64,000 nt of DNA, taken from the NCBI GenBank assembly GCA_049515895.1, contig JBEKTQ010000007.1:96001-160000 (forward strand), written 5' to 3'. The notes under the pieces were generated by a model, which was given only the letters and a program-made list of their open reading frames with translations, searched no databases and was not told where the DNA came from. This stretch comes from Candidatus Bathyarchaeia archaeon. GTDB taxonomy: Archaea; Thermoproteota; Bathyarchaeia; Bathyarchaeales; Bathycorpusculaceae. This document shows positions 10,668 through 19,348 of this stretch, piece after piece. The translations under genes and the position numbers were made by a program. Each line of letters begins with the position of its first letter. The first letter of the stretch is position 1.

Positions 10668-11157
10668 GTGTTGAGTATATTGAGCCGGTCAAAACTTGAA
10701 GACGTTTTTCCAGTGCCCGAGGAAGTCAAGAGACTGCGTGTTTTTCTAGGGGGATGGAAAGTGTATGGCACTTTAGCTTTTATGGACAAACTATTCAAGG
10801 TTGAGGGATCCGCTGAGTTTTCTTCAGCCGCGGCTGGATGGGGGCTCCTAACCCGGGTTGAGTTGAAAGTAGAGGATTTGGGGTTGTACGAGGAAGTTGA
10901 CATTTTGGGCTTTGACCGAAATGAGAAAACATCACTTCTTTGCCTTAACCAACACGGCAGCCGCTTACGATCATAAGGGAAAATGGCTAAGCGGCAACAC
11001 GTTAAGTTTTACCTGCGAAGGTTTGCGAGACGGGAAAAAATACAAAGAAGAACTCAAAATCAAGATTAGAACCCCGAATGAATTCACTATAGACGAAAAA
11101 GACTCCTTGGGGGGTCATATAGTTACAACGATGAATTGCGCACTCAGAAAGGTCTGA
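10668..11157 (+). pseudogene. frameshifted beta-barrel hypothetical protein (DUF1579-like)
   Basis: ORF 10668-10976 and ORF 10897-11157 join into one plausible protein at GAG AAA ACA T CAC TTC TTT (~10931). Confidence 0.6.
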
Positions 11158-11424
11158 GGCAAAATGCATATTTTTTGAACAAACCGAGTGTTTAACAGCT
11201 TGGATTGTGTGCGGAAGACTCTTTTTTGTGGCTTGGGTGTCTCAGCTTTTAGGATTTGCATACAAATCCACTCAAGGAATAACGGGAAAATCGGGTTTTT
11301 TCTCATTAATATTAACCGTCAGGTCTTTTCCCTTATTTCGTCTCTCTAGGGCTCTCCTTTAAAATATATATTGCCAGACAGACAAGTGCTATTATGCAAG
11401 CATATTTAACGGAGAATCGAAAAA

Positions 11425-11994
11425 ATGTCCCATAAAGGAGAAGCGTACTCAGCCTCGGGAGCTTTCTTTTTAGATAATCCGATCAGACGGTGGCTTCAGC
11501 CTCCTTCTGAACTCATAGGAATACTCGCTATCAACCCGAATGACATTGTAATGGATTTTGGTTGTGGACCGGGATTCTTCACGATAGAGCTAGCAAAGAA
11601 AGCAAAAAGGGTGGTGGCGGTTGACCTTTCACCCGAGATGCTTAAGAAAGCCGAAAATAAAGGGGCTAAGGCAGGCGTTAAAAATATTGAGTTTATGCAA
11701 AGTGATGGCACAAAAATTCAGCTTGATGCCCGCTCGGTTGATTTGATTTTTCTTGTTACTGTCTTCCATGAAATCGGAGACACCCAAAGGGTTTTAGCAG
11801 AATTCCACCGAATTCTCAAACCCTCTGGCAGCCTCGTGATCGTGGAAGTTGTAAAGAAAGGCACCTTTCCTGGGGCGCCAATCCAAAACCCGGAAGTGCT
11901 GAAAAAAGAAGTTGAAACAGGCAACTTCAACCTAACGCAGATGCAACCATACAAGAATTACGGCATTTTCTTCTTCAACAAAAATGTTGGCTAA
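11425..11994 (+). CDS. class I SAM-dependent methyltransferase
   Basis: MDFGCGPG, AVDLS..ML, RILKPSG. Confidence 0.9.
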   Translation: MSHKGEAYSASGAFFLDNPIRRWLQPPSELIGILAINPNDIVMDFGCGPGFFTIELAKKAKRVVAVDLSPEMLKKAENKGAKAGVKNIEFMQSDGTKIQLDARSVDLIFLVTVFHEIGDTQRVLAEFHRILKPSGSLVIVEVVKKGTFPGAPIQNPEVLKKEVETGNFNLTQMQPYKNYGIFFFNKNVG

Positions 11995-12082
11995 GATTGA
12001 ATCTGCTTTAGCGCCAACTATTTGCTGATAAGCCTAAATTCTTAGAAAACAAGCCAAACTAAAAAAGTAAGTTTGGGAGACC

Positions 12083-13147
12083 TCAGATGCCGAGGCTGTT
12101 GATTAATCTGCCCGAGTTGGCGTCAATAACCAAGACGATCTTGTTACCTTTGTGGTCAAACTTTGAGAACCAAACGGGAGTATGAAGCAGCTCCACATCA
12201 CCAATGTCTGAATCTGTGTGTATTGATTGTATCATGTGGTATTTCTCATGTGCCTTTTGTGATTGAAGCTGATCAACCAACGTCCTCGCTTGAGACTTGG
12301 CTACGTCTTCGCTGATGTCGCCATTTAAGATTTTGACATCTTTCGGCAGTTTGGAAATATCAAAAAGTTCTCTAGCTTCAAGGTTAAATTGGTAATCGCG
12401 CGGCTGATAATCAGAGAGAGCTTTTAGCGCAATGACGGGGAAGTTGTAGTTCATGTCCATCTGCTCAGACTTTCTCATTCCGCCGTACCCCATTCCCATG
12501 CCCCAAGCCATGATTCTTATTCGTTTAAGCCCAAGAATACCAGCAAACGGGTTGTCCCTTGATTCACCTGGAAAAGCGCGTCTTCCTCCCATTCCTCCAC
12601 CTCGTCTACCTCCGCCTCCTCCGAAACCTCCGCCCATCCCGCCGAATATTACCCCCATCAATGCAGCGGTTGTAGCTGTCTGCGCAATTTGCGCGGTTTC
12701 ATCTGCGGCAACTATGCTCGTTCTCGCTGAGACGCTTACAATCCAGTAAGGCACGAAAGTTAGGCTCATTTCCTCCTGTTTGGAGTCTTCGTGAAGGTGC
12801 CTGTGCAAGAGACCCTTATCCATCATAGGCACTATTATTGAATTCAATTGATCTACAGTAGCAACCTTCAAAGGTAGCATCGTCTGCTTCTGTATGTTAG
12901 TCCATCCTTGGCTCCCCAAAGTTACTCCGGTGCCACAGTACTCGCAGGTTATAACCATCTCTCCAAACTTTGGCGCAATCGGCGCCCCACAACTCGGACA
13001 CTTCAAGGATTGCACCCCTGAAGGGGCAAGGATAGGTCCAGTTGAGGTCGACGTCGGTTTAGCAGTATTTAATCCGGTGCTTGTTCCGCATTTAACGCAG
13101 AACGCGGCGTCATCTGGAAGTTGAGCACCACAGTTATGGCAGTACAA
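12083..13147 (-). CDS. double zinc-ribbon domain protein with internal Gly/Arg-rich segment
   Basis: CHNCG..FCVKCG, CPSCGAP..CEYCG, FVPYWIV, IDANSG; G/R-rich insert. Confidence 0.75.
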   Translation of the reverse strand: MYCHNCGAQLPDDAAFCVKCGTSTGLNTAKPTSTSTGPILAPSGVQSLKCPSCGAPIAPKFGEMVITCEYCGTGVTLGSQGWTNIQKQTMLPLKVATVDQLNSIIVPMMDKGLLHRHLHEDSKQEEMSLTFVPYWIVSVSARTSIVAADETAQIAQTATTAALMGVIFGGMGGGFGGGGGRRGGGMGGRRAFPGESRDNPFAGILGLKRIRIMAWGMGMGYGGMRKSEQMDMNYNFPVIALKALSDYQPRDYQFNLEARELFDISKLPKDVKILNGDISEDVAKSQARTLVDQLQSQKAHEKYHMIQSIHTDSDIGDVELLHTPVWFSKFDHKGNKIVLVIDANSGRLINSLGI

Positions 13148-13292
13148 TCTTTTCCACCGTCTCTCTAAATAAATCTTCTTTCTCTTAAATTTACCTCAAA
13201 TAAGTTCTGTCTTTTCTGCGAAAAAACGGATTTGGCTTACTGAAAATCATTTTGGGAAAAAACTAAATACCTGACTATAATACTCATGTTTC

Positions 13293-13988
13293 ATGGCTAT
13301 CAAAAAGAAGGGTGTAAATAAGAAAGCAATTTTAGCTGTCATGTTGTTGGCTTTAATCGTGATTGGGGTTGGTGCAGCTGCAGTTTTCTCAAATCAAAAG
13401 CACCCTTTAGTGACAGCAAAGGTAGGAGTTAATGTTGGTGACACTTTTACCTACAGTCTAAGCGGCATCAGTTCAGGTCCTGTTCCCTCTACAATAAACC
13501 CGGATTTTTCCATCTATAACGACACGTCATACTACAAAGTTATAGTGACAGCTATCAACGGCACGAGTGTAGCGCTTGACACAAACTGGGTATTCAGAAA
13601 TGGAACAAACGTTGAAAGCCCACAGACAATAAATTTGGCCTCTGGGATTTTGAGTGATTTAAGTGGCTTTTATCCTCTTTACCCCTCTGATATGAACGCA
13701 AATCAGACGATTTACCCTCATGTCTATCGTGATGTCATCGTTAACGGAACAAGCCCCGAACCCTACGCCAGCGGCCAAAGAGAAACAAACTACTACACGC
13801 TTGAAAACCTGTTTTACAACACTCAAGATCCAACTGGAAGCACGCAAGTCTCCACATACGACCAAGTCTATTTTGACAGACAAACAGGAATGCTTACCAG
13901 CCTAGTGGACATTAAAGACTACAATAATCCAGAGTTATCTACAGAGGTTATTTGGACGCTTACTGATACAAATGTTTGGCAGATTTAA
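13293..13988 (+). CDS. membrane-anchored/secreted hypothetical protein
   Basis: Basic N-terminus plus hydrophobic helix, GVNVGDTFTY, YFDRQTGML, multiple N-x-S/T sequons. Confidence 0.75.
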   Translation: MAIKKKGVNKKAILAVMLLALIVIGVGAAAVFSNQKHPLVTAKVGVNVGDTFTYSLSGISSGPVPSTINPDFSIYNDTSYYKVIVTAINGTSVALDTNWVFRNGTNVESPQTINLASGILSDLSGFYPLYPSDMNANQTIYPHVYRDVIVNGTSPEPYASGQRETNYYTLENLFYNTQDPTGSTQVSTYDQVYFDRQTGMLTSLVDIKDYNNPELSTEVIWTLTDTNVWQI

Positions 13989-14199
13989 ACCGCTTTTCTC
14001 CTAGCGTCACTGATTTGTCCTTTTTGATAAAAGCCGGATTATTCAAATAGCAACAAGCATTTTTGGGTAGTTGTTCTTCATCCTAAAGATGTGTTCTCGT
14101 TTACTTGACAAAGAACTGGGTTTGCACTAAGCAAAAGGGTTAGCACAAGCGAAAAAATGAAATAGTTAAGCGCTCAAACTGATTAGCAAAGGCGAGTCT

Positions 14200-14967
14200 A
14201 TGTCTTATAGCGTGAATATGCAGGAAGCAGCTAAGAGCAAGGGTTCACGAATCATTTTGGCCCTAGATTTACCTTTTGAAGCTCCAGACAACCGAGGCAA
14301 AATCCTATCCAAAGCGCAAAGCATCCTCAAAGCAGTTCACCCCTACATATGTGCGGTCAAGATAAATCATCATCTCGTTCTTCCGCTTGGAACCTTCGAC
14401 GGCGTACAACAACTTGTGGAGAAAATCCGCGGGCAAGGGTTAATCGCGATTATGGATGCAAAAGTCAATGATATAGGCGCCACCAACCAGACAATAGCGC
14501 AGTATTACTTTGCGGCTGGCTTTGATGCGTTGATCGCGAACCCCTTCATTGGTTGGGAAGAAGGATTAAAACCGCTCTTTGAGGTTTCCCAGCGGCTCAA
14601 TCGAGGAATGATCCTTCTGTGTTACATGAGCCATAGAGGCGCATGCGAAGGCTACGGACAAACCATAATCGACCCCGAAACAGGCGAGAAAACCTTGCAG
14701 TACCTTGCCTTTGCAAAAAGAGCAGTAAAGTATGGTGCTGACGGAATAGTGGTCGGCGCAACTTACCCTCAAATAATAACTGAGGTGAAAAAGGTTGTTG
14801 GCGAAAAAGTCGCCATTTATTCGCCAGGCGTAGGCGCTCAAGGTGGCTCTGCGGAAACAGCCCTTAAAGCAGGTGCTAATTACCTCATTATCGGAAGAGA
14901 AATTACTCTTGCAGCTGACCCTGCCAAAGTGGCAAGCGAAATATTGGATTCAATAAAAATGGTATAA
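14200..14967 (+). CDS. pyrF: orotidine-5'-phosphate decarboxylase
   Basis: IILALD, DAKVNDIGAT, VGAT, PGVGAQGG, IIGR. Confidence 0.95.
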   Translation: MSYSVNMQEAAKSKGSRIILALDLPFEAPDNRGKILSKAQSILKAVHPYICAVKINHHLVLPLGTFDGVQQLVEKIRGQGLIAIMDAKVNDIGATNQTIAQYYFAAGFDALIANPFIGWEEGLKPLFEVSQRLNRGMILLCYMSHRGACEGYGQTIIDPETGEKTLQYLAFAKRAVKYGADGIVVGATYPQIITEVKKVVGEKVAIYSPGVGAQGGSAETALKAGANYLIIGREITLAADPAKVASEILDSIKMV

Positions 14968-14972
14968 GTGGC

Positions 14973-15128
14973 TTATCTTCCGCGTTTGTTCTCCCAAAGC
15001 TCTTTCTTAAGCAGGTCACGTACAGCTGACCTGATAACGCTGCTTCTGCTCGGGTACATGTTCGCTCGGACTAGTTCATCTAAGCCTTCCAGATATGCTT
15101 CTGGCAACAAGACTGTTACAAGTTTCAC
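14973..15128 (-). CDS. ribbon-helix-helix (CopG/CdrS-like) transcriptional regulator, 51 aa
   Basis: GTG at 15128 after GGAGG; MKLVTVLLPEAYLEGLDELVRANMYPSRSSVIRSAVRDLL. Confidence 0.85.
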   Translation of the reverse strand: MKLVTVLLPEAYLEGLDELVRANMYPSRSSVIRSAVRDLLKKELWENKRGR

Positions 15129-15322
15129 TTCTGTTTTTCCTCCCTCAATATATATTATGCCTATAACATGCTCCAAATATAAGAGCTTAACCAGCAACCA
15201 CTAACTACTCAACAACCCTTTGATGCAAAATAGATTCCTCTTATTCGTTTTTCGCACCAGCAACAACCATTTTCTTATGATTTGATTCCCACTCCCAAAA
15301 ATGAGGTGACTCCGAATGCGTC

Positions 15323-16165
15323 TTAAAGATTCCTAAGTTGGTCCAGCGTTCCAAGATAAGTGCCGTCCAACAAGTAAAGCTCAGAGTTATCCACATCCAC
15401 AGCTTCAGAACGTAATACGGGTCCAATCAAGGCTCTGCTGCCGATTTCTTTTCTGGGTTTAGTTTCATTTACGGGTCTGCCGCCCAAGAAATCGTTAAAG
15501 CTGGGCATTATGAAAATTTCCTTTGCTTTGAGCTTTGCGTTATAATGTTTCCACAGCGTTTCAGCAACTGTGCCTTCGATTTTCACATGATGCTTTTGCA
15601 GCAGAATCTTCGCTAGGGCTTCAGTATTGCAGCTTGCCCTCATCCAGGCTTGCCTTATGATTTTGAAGCCTGCTGGGTCGCGGAAGACAACGACCGGGTG
15701 CAAGTGCCCCATCACCAACGTTTTGCAGCCAAGCAACGCAGGCGAAGGCCATTTGTGCCCATGAAAAACGCCGACGTCGCCGATTGCAATACCTGTGGAA
15801 GGCAGAAGCCTGATGTTCTCTGGCAGAAGCGGCTCGATGTTAGCGTCGTGGTTTCCGCGGACAACTGCTATTTCGCTGACGATGCTTTGCAGTTTAGTAA
15901 AGAAGTCGGGTACATCATGCCGCTCGCCTAGTTCGCTTGAAATAACTGTGTACTTCACGTCTCCGACAATTACCAACTGTTGCGGCTCGTATTTGCTGAG
16001 GATCGCCGTTAGCTTGTTGAGAATCTTGGGCGTCTGGCTTGGAATATGGATACCTTTTTGTTGAAGCTCCATCTCCCACCCGATGTGCGGGTCAGCGATA
16101 AGCAGAGTTTTTGTCTTTTCTGTTTTCACCATTGCTGCAGGGTTAGGCCAAAGTAGACTTAACAT
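15323..16165 (-). CDS. calcineurin-like metallophosphoesterase
   Basis: ADPHIG, GDVK, GNHD, HGH, GHLHP motifs. Confidence 0.88.
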   Translation of the reverse strand: MLSLLWPNPAAMVKTEKTKTLLIADPHIGWEMELQQKGIHIPSQTPKILNKLTAILSKYEPQQLVIVGDVKYTVISSELGERHDVPDFFTKLQSIVSEIAVVRGNHDANIEPLLPENIRLLPSTGIAIGDVGVFHGHKWPSPALLGCKTLVMGHLHPVVVFRDPAGFKIIRQAWMRASCNTEALAKILLQKHHVKIEGTVAETLWKHYNAKLKAKEIFIMPSFNDFLGGRPVNETKPRKEIGSRALIGPVLRSEAVDVDNSELYLLDGTYLGTLDQLRNL

Positions 16166-16995
16166 TACGGTTTAACCAGGCTTAAGATTTTTTCGTGGAT
16201 TCTCTTGTTGCCCGAAGCTATGAAACTCAAAGTTCGCTTAGGGTCCAATTCAGCATTCAATGGTTGATTATCGGGAGTTGTTATTGTTCCGCCGGCCTCC
16301 TTAATGATGAGAAAGCTCGCCGCGACATCGGTGGTTCTGAGTTTTCCCCGCAGGTCGACAAACGCGTCTGTCGAACCGTCGGCCACGTAACAGAGCTCCA
16401 AAGCGTTGGCACCAAAATGGCGGATATGCTTAGTTTTTCCAATAAGCTCGGTTACTTTTGGCGCGACATCTTTAACTTTGTAAGTATTAAGATCTAACCC
16501 TATCAATGCATCATCCAACGAATCCGTTTTTGATGGCTCTATTTTTTTCCCTTCGCGGAATGCACCTTCGCCCAAAAAAGCGGTGTAAGTTACGTCATGG
16601 AAGAGATCTGCGACCAACCCAGCTTGGACCTCCGCAAGCCAAGCCTTATCGGAAACCGCAATGGAGCAAGCGTAGAATGGCAAACCATGCATGAAATTGG
16701 TGCTTCCATCAATCGGGTCAACAGTAACATGGCACTTTTCAGCTGAGGAGCCGAACTCTCGCACCCCTGACTCTTCACTGATTAGCTTGAACGAAATGTT
16801 GTGTTGGTTTAAGGTGTCAATGATTGCTTTTTCAGCAGCCAAATCCATCGGCTTCACCGCGTCGCCGCCTGCGCCCACACCCAGGTTAGGCTGCGTTTCT
16901 TTGATGGTTTTGAAGCACGGCGCAATGTTTTTTTGCACGTTGTTTTTGCATTCGAGAAGGATTTTTTGCCAGTTTGTTTGTTTCTGCATTTTCAT
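16165..16995 (-). CDS. inositol monophosphatase / fructose-1,6-bisphosphatase family
   Basis: GAGGD, SEESG, VDPIDGSTN, R.FGA.ALELCYVA, DVAAS. Confidence 0.9.
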   Translation of the reverse strand: MKMQKQTNWQKILLECKNNVQKNIAPCFKTIKETQPNLGVGAGGDAVKPMDLAAEKAIIDTLNQHNISFKLISEESGVREFGSSAEKCHVTVDPIDGSTNFMHGLPFYACSIAVSDKAWLAEVQAGLVADLFHDVTYTAFLGEGAFREGKKIEPSKTDSLDDALIGLDLNTYKVKDVAPKVTELIGKTKHIRHFGANALELCYVADGSTDAFVDLRGKLRTTDVAASFLIIKEAGGTITTPDNQPLNAELDPKRTLSFIASGNKRIHEKILSLVKP

Positions 16996-17105
16996 TGATG
17001 GGTCTTCCTGATTGTTGTTAATAGATGGAACGAATTGATAAAGACTATACCCTACATTTCAACGGCTAAAAGTCGGAAGCAGCCGGTTAAACAGTAGTCT
17101 GAATC

Positions 17106-17122
17106 CGAAATGCTTATATTTT
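17106..17122 (+). promoter_or_regulatory. BRE/TATA promoter of the aromatic operon leader
   Basis: CGAAA-TGC-TTATATTTT about 40 nt upstream of the leader ATG. Confidence 0.5.
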
Positions 17123-17159
17123 CTGTTTTATGACTCATTGAGCAAGGTTCGAAGCTTCA

Positions 17160-17243
17160 ATGTCAAATAACGTGTTGAAAAAAGAAAACGTTGCCTCATG
17201 GTTCCAGAGCTTCGACTACTTTTATTATAGTTATTTTCCTTAA
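17160..17243 (+). CDS. putative aromatic-amino-acid leader peptide (27 aa, MSNNVLKKENVASWFQSFDYFYYSYFP)
   Basis: Hand-translated ATG17160-TAA17243; 9 of the last 14 codons are Trp/Phe/Tyr; directly upstream of the aromatic biosynthesis operon. Confidence 0.75.
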   Translation: MSNNVLKKENVASWFQSFDYFYYSYFP

Positions 17244-17281
17244 GCCCAGAACTGGAAATTTTTTTTAGTAAAGTTCTGGGC
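17244..17281 (+). promoter_or_regulatory. attenuator-like hairpin (10-bp stem) enclosing a T8 tract
   Basis: GCCCAGAACT (17244-53) is the perfect reverse complement of AGTTCTGGGC (17272-81); the loop contains T8 (17259-66). Confidence 0.65.
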
Positions 17282-17299
17282 ACAGCATGGGTGTAGCAC

Positions 17300-18547
17300 A
17301 TGGAAAAAACTGGTCCAAACAGAACAATTGTCGTTAAATTTGGTGGTTCTAGCCTAGCGGATCACGAGAGGCTTTTAAAAGCGGTGGTTGCCGTGGTTGA
17401 TGAAGCCAAGAAGGGCACACGGGTCGCTGTCGTGGTATCGGCTATGGGTAAAACGACAGACGTTCTTATGACGACTGCGAAGAACGCTTCCAACGGGAAG
17501 CTGGAGAAGAAAGACCTTGACGACATCCTGTCGATGGGTGAGCGGACCAGCATCAGAATCTTCTCCACAGCGCTTAGAACCAATGGAGCAGAGTCCTGCT
17601 ACTTTGACCCGATCGACAGCAACTGGCCAATAATAACTGATTCAGCCTTCCAAAACGCTAACCCGATCCTCAAGGACTGCGAAAGAAACATCCGAGAATG
17701 TGTTCTGCCACTAGTGGAAAAAGGCACTATTCCCGTCGTGGCAGGTTTCTTGGGCAAAACCAAGGACGGGAAAATCACAACTCTGGGCAGAGGTGGAAGC
17801 GACACAACCGCGTTTGTCCTAGCCGAAGCGCTTGGAGCGGACGAAATTATCTTGGTGACTGACGCAGACGGCATAATGTCAGCAGACCCAAAAATGCTCT
17901 CCAACGTCGAGCGCCTCAAAGAAATCGACGTAAACACGCTGGTGGGACTCGCCGATTCTGGAGCTAAATTCATTCACAGCAAAGCACTAAAGTACAAACC
18001 CAAAAACATTAACGTCCGCGTCATCAACCATTCCCGCGGCAGCCTGTCGGAAGAAGGCACCTTAATCACAGGTGGATTGGCCACGGAACTTGACGCTGAA
18101 ATCGCGCATCCTTTCCCAGTTGCCGAAATCACCGTGATAGGAAACGGCATCTCGGCTAACCCGCAAATCATTCAGGAAATGGTTGAGGAAGCCAAGAGGC
18201 ACTCGCGTCTCTTGGGCATGTCAATGAACACAAACTCCGTAATCATTTATGTTTCAGAAGAGAAGAACTTGGAAGGGCTCTTCAACGACGTCCACAACAT
18301 AACAAAGAGCAACAAGGAAACCATCGCAATGGCCGTCAAAAAAGACCTTGTTTTCATAAAAACAAGCGGCGTCGGCTTAGAAGAGACCCACGGGATCATC
18401 GGAAAGATCAGCGAAGACCTGCGGCTCAGCGGCATAAACATTTCAGGCATACTAACAATAACATCAAGCATTCTTCTCTTTCTCGATTGGAACGAACGGG
18501 AAAAAGCCCTCAAACTAATTAAAAACTCTTTAAGGAGCGCTAAGTAA
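17300..18547 (+). CDS. lysC: aspartate kinase
   Basis: VVKFGGSS, VVSAMGKTTD, TTLGRGGSDTTA, ADP; C-terminal ACT-like region. Confidence 0.92.
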   Translation: MEKTGPNRTIVVKFGGSSLADHERLLKAVVAVVDEAKKGTRVAVVVSAMGKTTDVLMTTAKNASNGKLEKKDLDDILSMGERTSIRIFSTALRTNGAESCYFDPIDSNWPIITDSAFQNANPILKDCERNIRECVLPLVEKGTIPVVAGFLGKTKDGKITTLGRGGSDTTAFVLAEALGADEIILVTDADGIMSADPKMLSNVERLKEIDVNTLVGLADSGAKFIHSKALKYKPKNINVRVINHSRGSLSEEGTLITGGLATELDAEIAHPFPVAEITVIGNGISANPQIIQEMVEEAKRHSRLLGMSMNTNSVIIYVSEEKNLEGLFNDVHNITKSNKETIAMAVKKDLVFIKTSGVGLEETHGIIGKISEDLRLSGINISGILTITSSILLFLDWNEREKALKLIKNSLRSAK

Positions 18548-18556
18548 GGTGAAAAT

Positions 18557-19348
18557 ATGAACCAAGGAAAAACCCGAAGACTAAAAAGAATAATGCAGCA
18601 AGACAACCGCACAGTAATTGTTCCCATGGACCACGGCGTAACAGTCGGACCCATCCAGGGCTTAACCAACATGCAACAAATAATCGACCAGCTTGTCAAA
18701 GGCGGGGTTGATGCCGTGCTTGTCCACAAAGGCATCGCTAAACACACTGACGCTGGAAATGTAGGATTAATCGTAATGCTGTCTGGTATGTCAAACCTCA
18801 GCCCAAACGTAAACGGCAAAGTCCAAGTCTGCAGCGTCAAAGAAGCTATACGTTTAGGGGCAGATGCGGTTTCAGTACATGTTAACATCGGCGCGCAAGA
18901 CGAGGATAAAATGATTCAAAATCTTGGTAGCGTAGCTGACGAATGTGACGTTTACGGGATGCCATTGCTTGCGATGATGTATCCACGGGGACCCAAAATA
19001 CAGAATGAACATGCAGCCGACGTGGTTGCTCACGCCGCACGCATAGGTGCTGAACTTGGTGCGGACATTATCAAAGCAAACTTCACAGGAAACATAGAAA
19101 CCTTCAAAACCGTAGTAGAAAGCTGCCCCGTTCCGCTGGTGATCGCAGGAGGACCAAAATGCAAAACCTCCGAGGAAGTTCTGCAAACCACACGCGACGC
19201 CATTTCAGCCGGAGCAGCAGGGCTTTCCATCGGGCGCAACGTTTTCCAGCACGAAAATCCAACATTAATTGTTAAAGCGCTTTCAGCTATCGTTCATGGC
19301 AACGTAAGCGTGGAAGAAGCGCTGAAAATCGTCGGTGAAAAAGCTTGA
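18557..19348 (+). CDS. aroA': 2-amino-3,7-dideoxy-D-threo-hept-6-ulosonate (ADH) synthase, DhnA-type aldolase
   Basis: VPMDHG, MMYPRG, AELGADIIK, AGGPK, IGRNVFQ; adjacent to aroB'. Confidence 0.88.
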   Translation: MNQGKTRRLKRIMQQDNRTVIVPMDHGVTVGPIQGLTNMQQIIDQLVKGGVDAVLVHKGIAKHTDAGNVGLIVMLSGMSNLSPNVNGKVQVCSVKEAIRLGADAVSVHVNIGAQDEDKMIQNLGSVADECDVYGMPLLAMMYPRGPKIQNEHAADVVAHAARIGAELGADIIKANFTGNIETFKTVVESCPVPLVIAGGPKCKTSEEVLQTTRDAISAGAAGLSIGRNVFQHENPTLIVKALSAIVHGNVSVEEALKIVGEKA

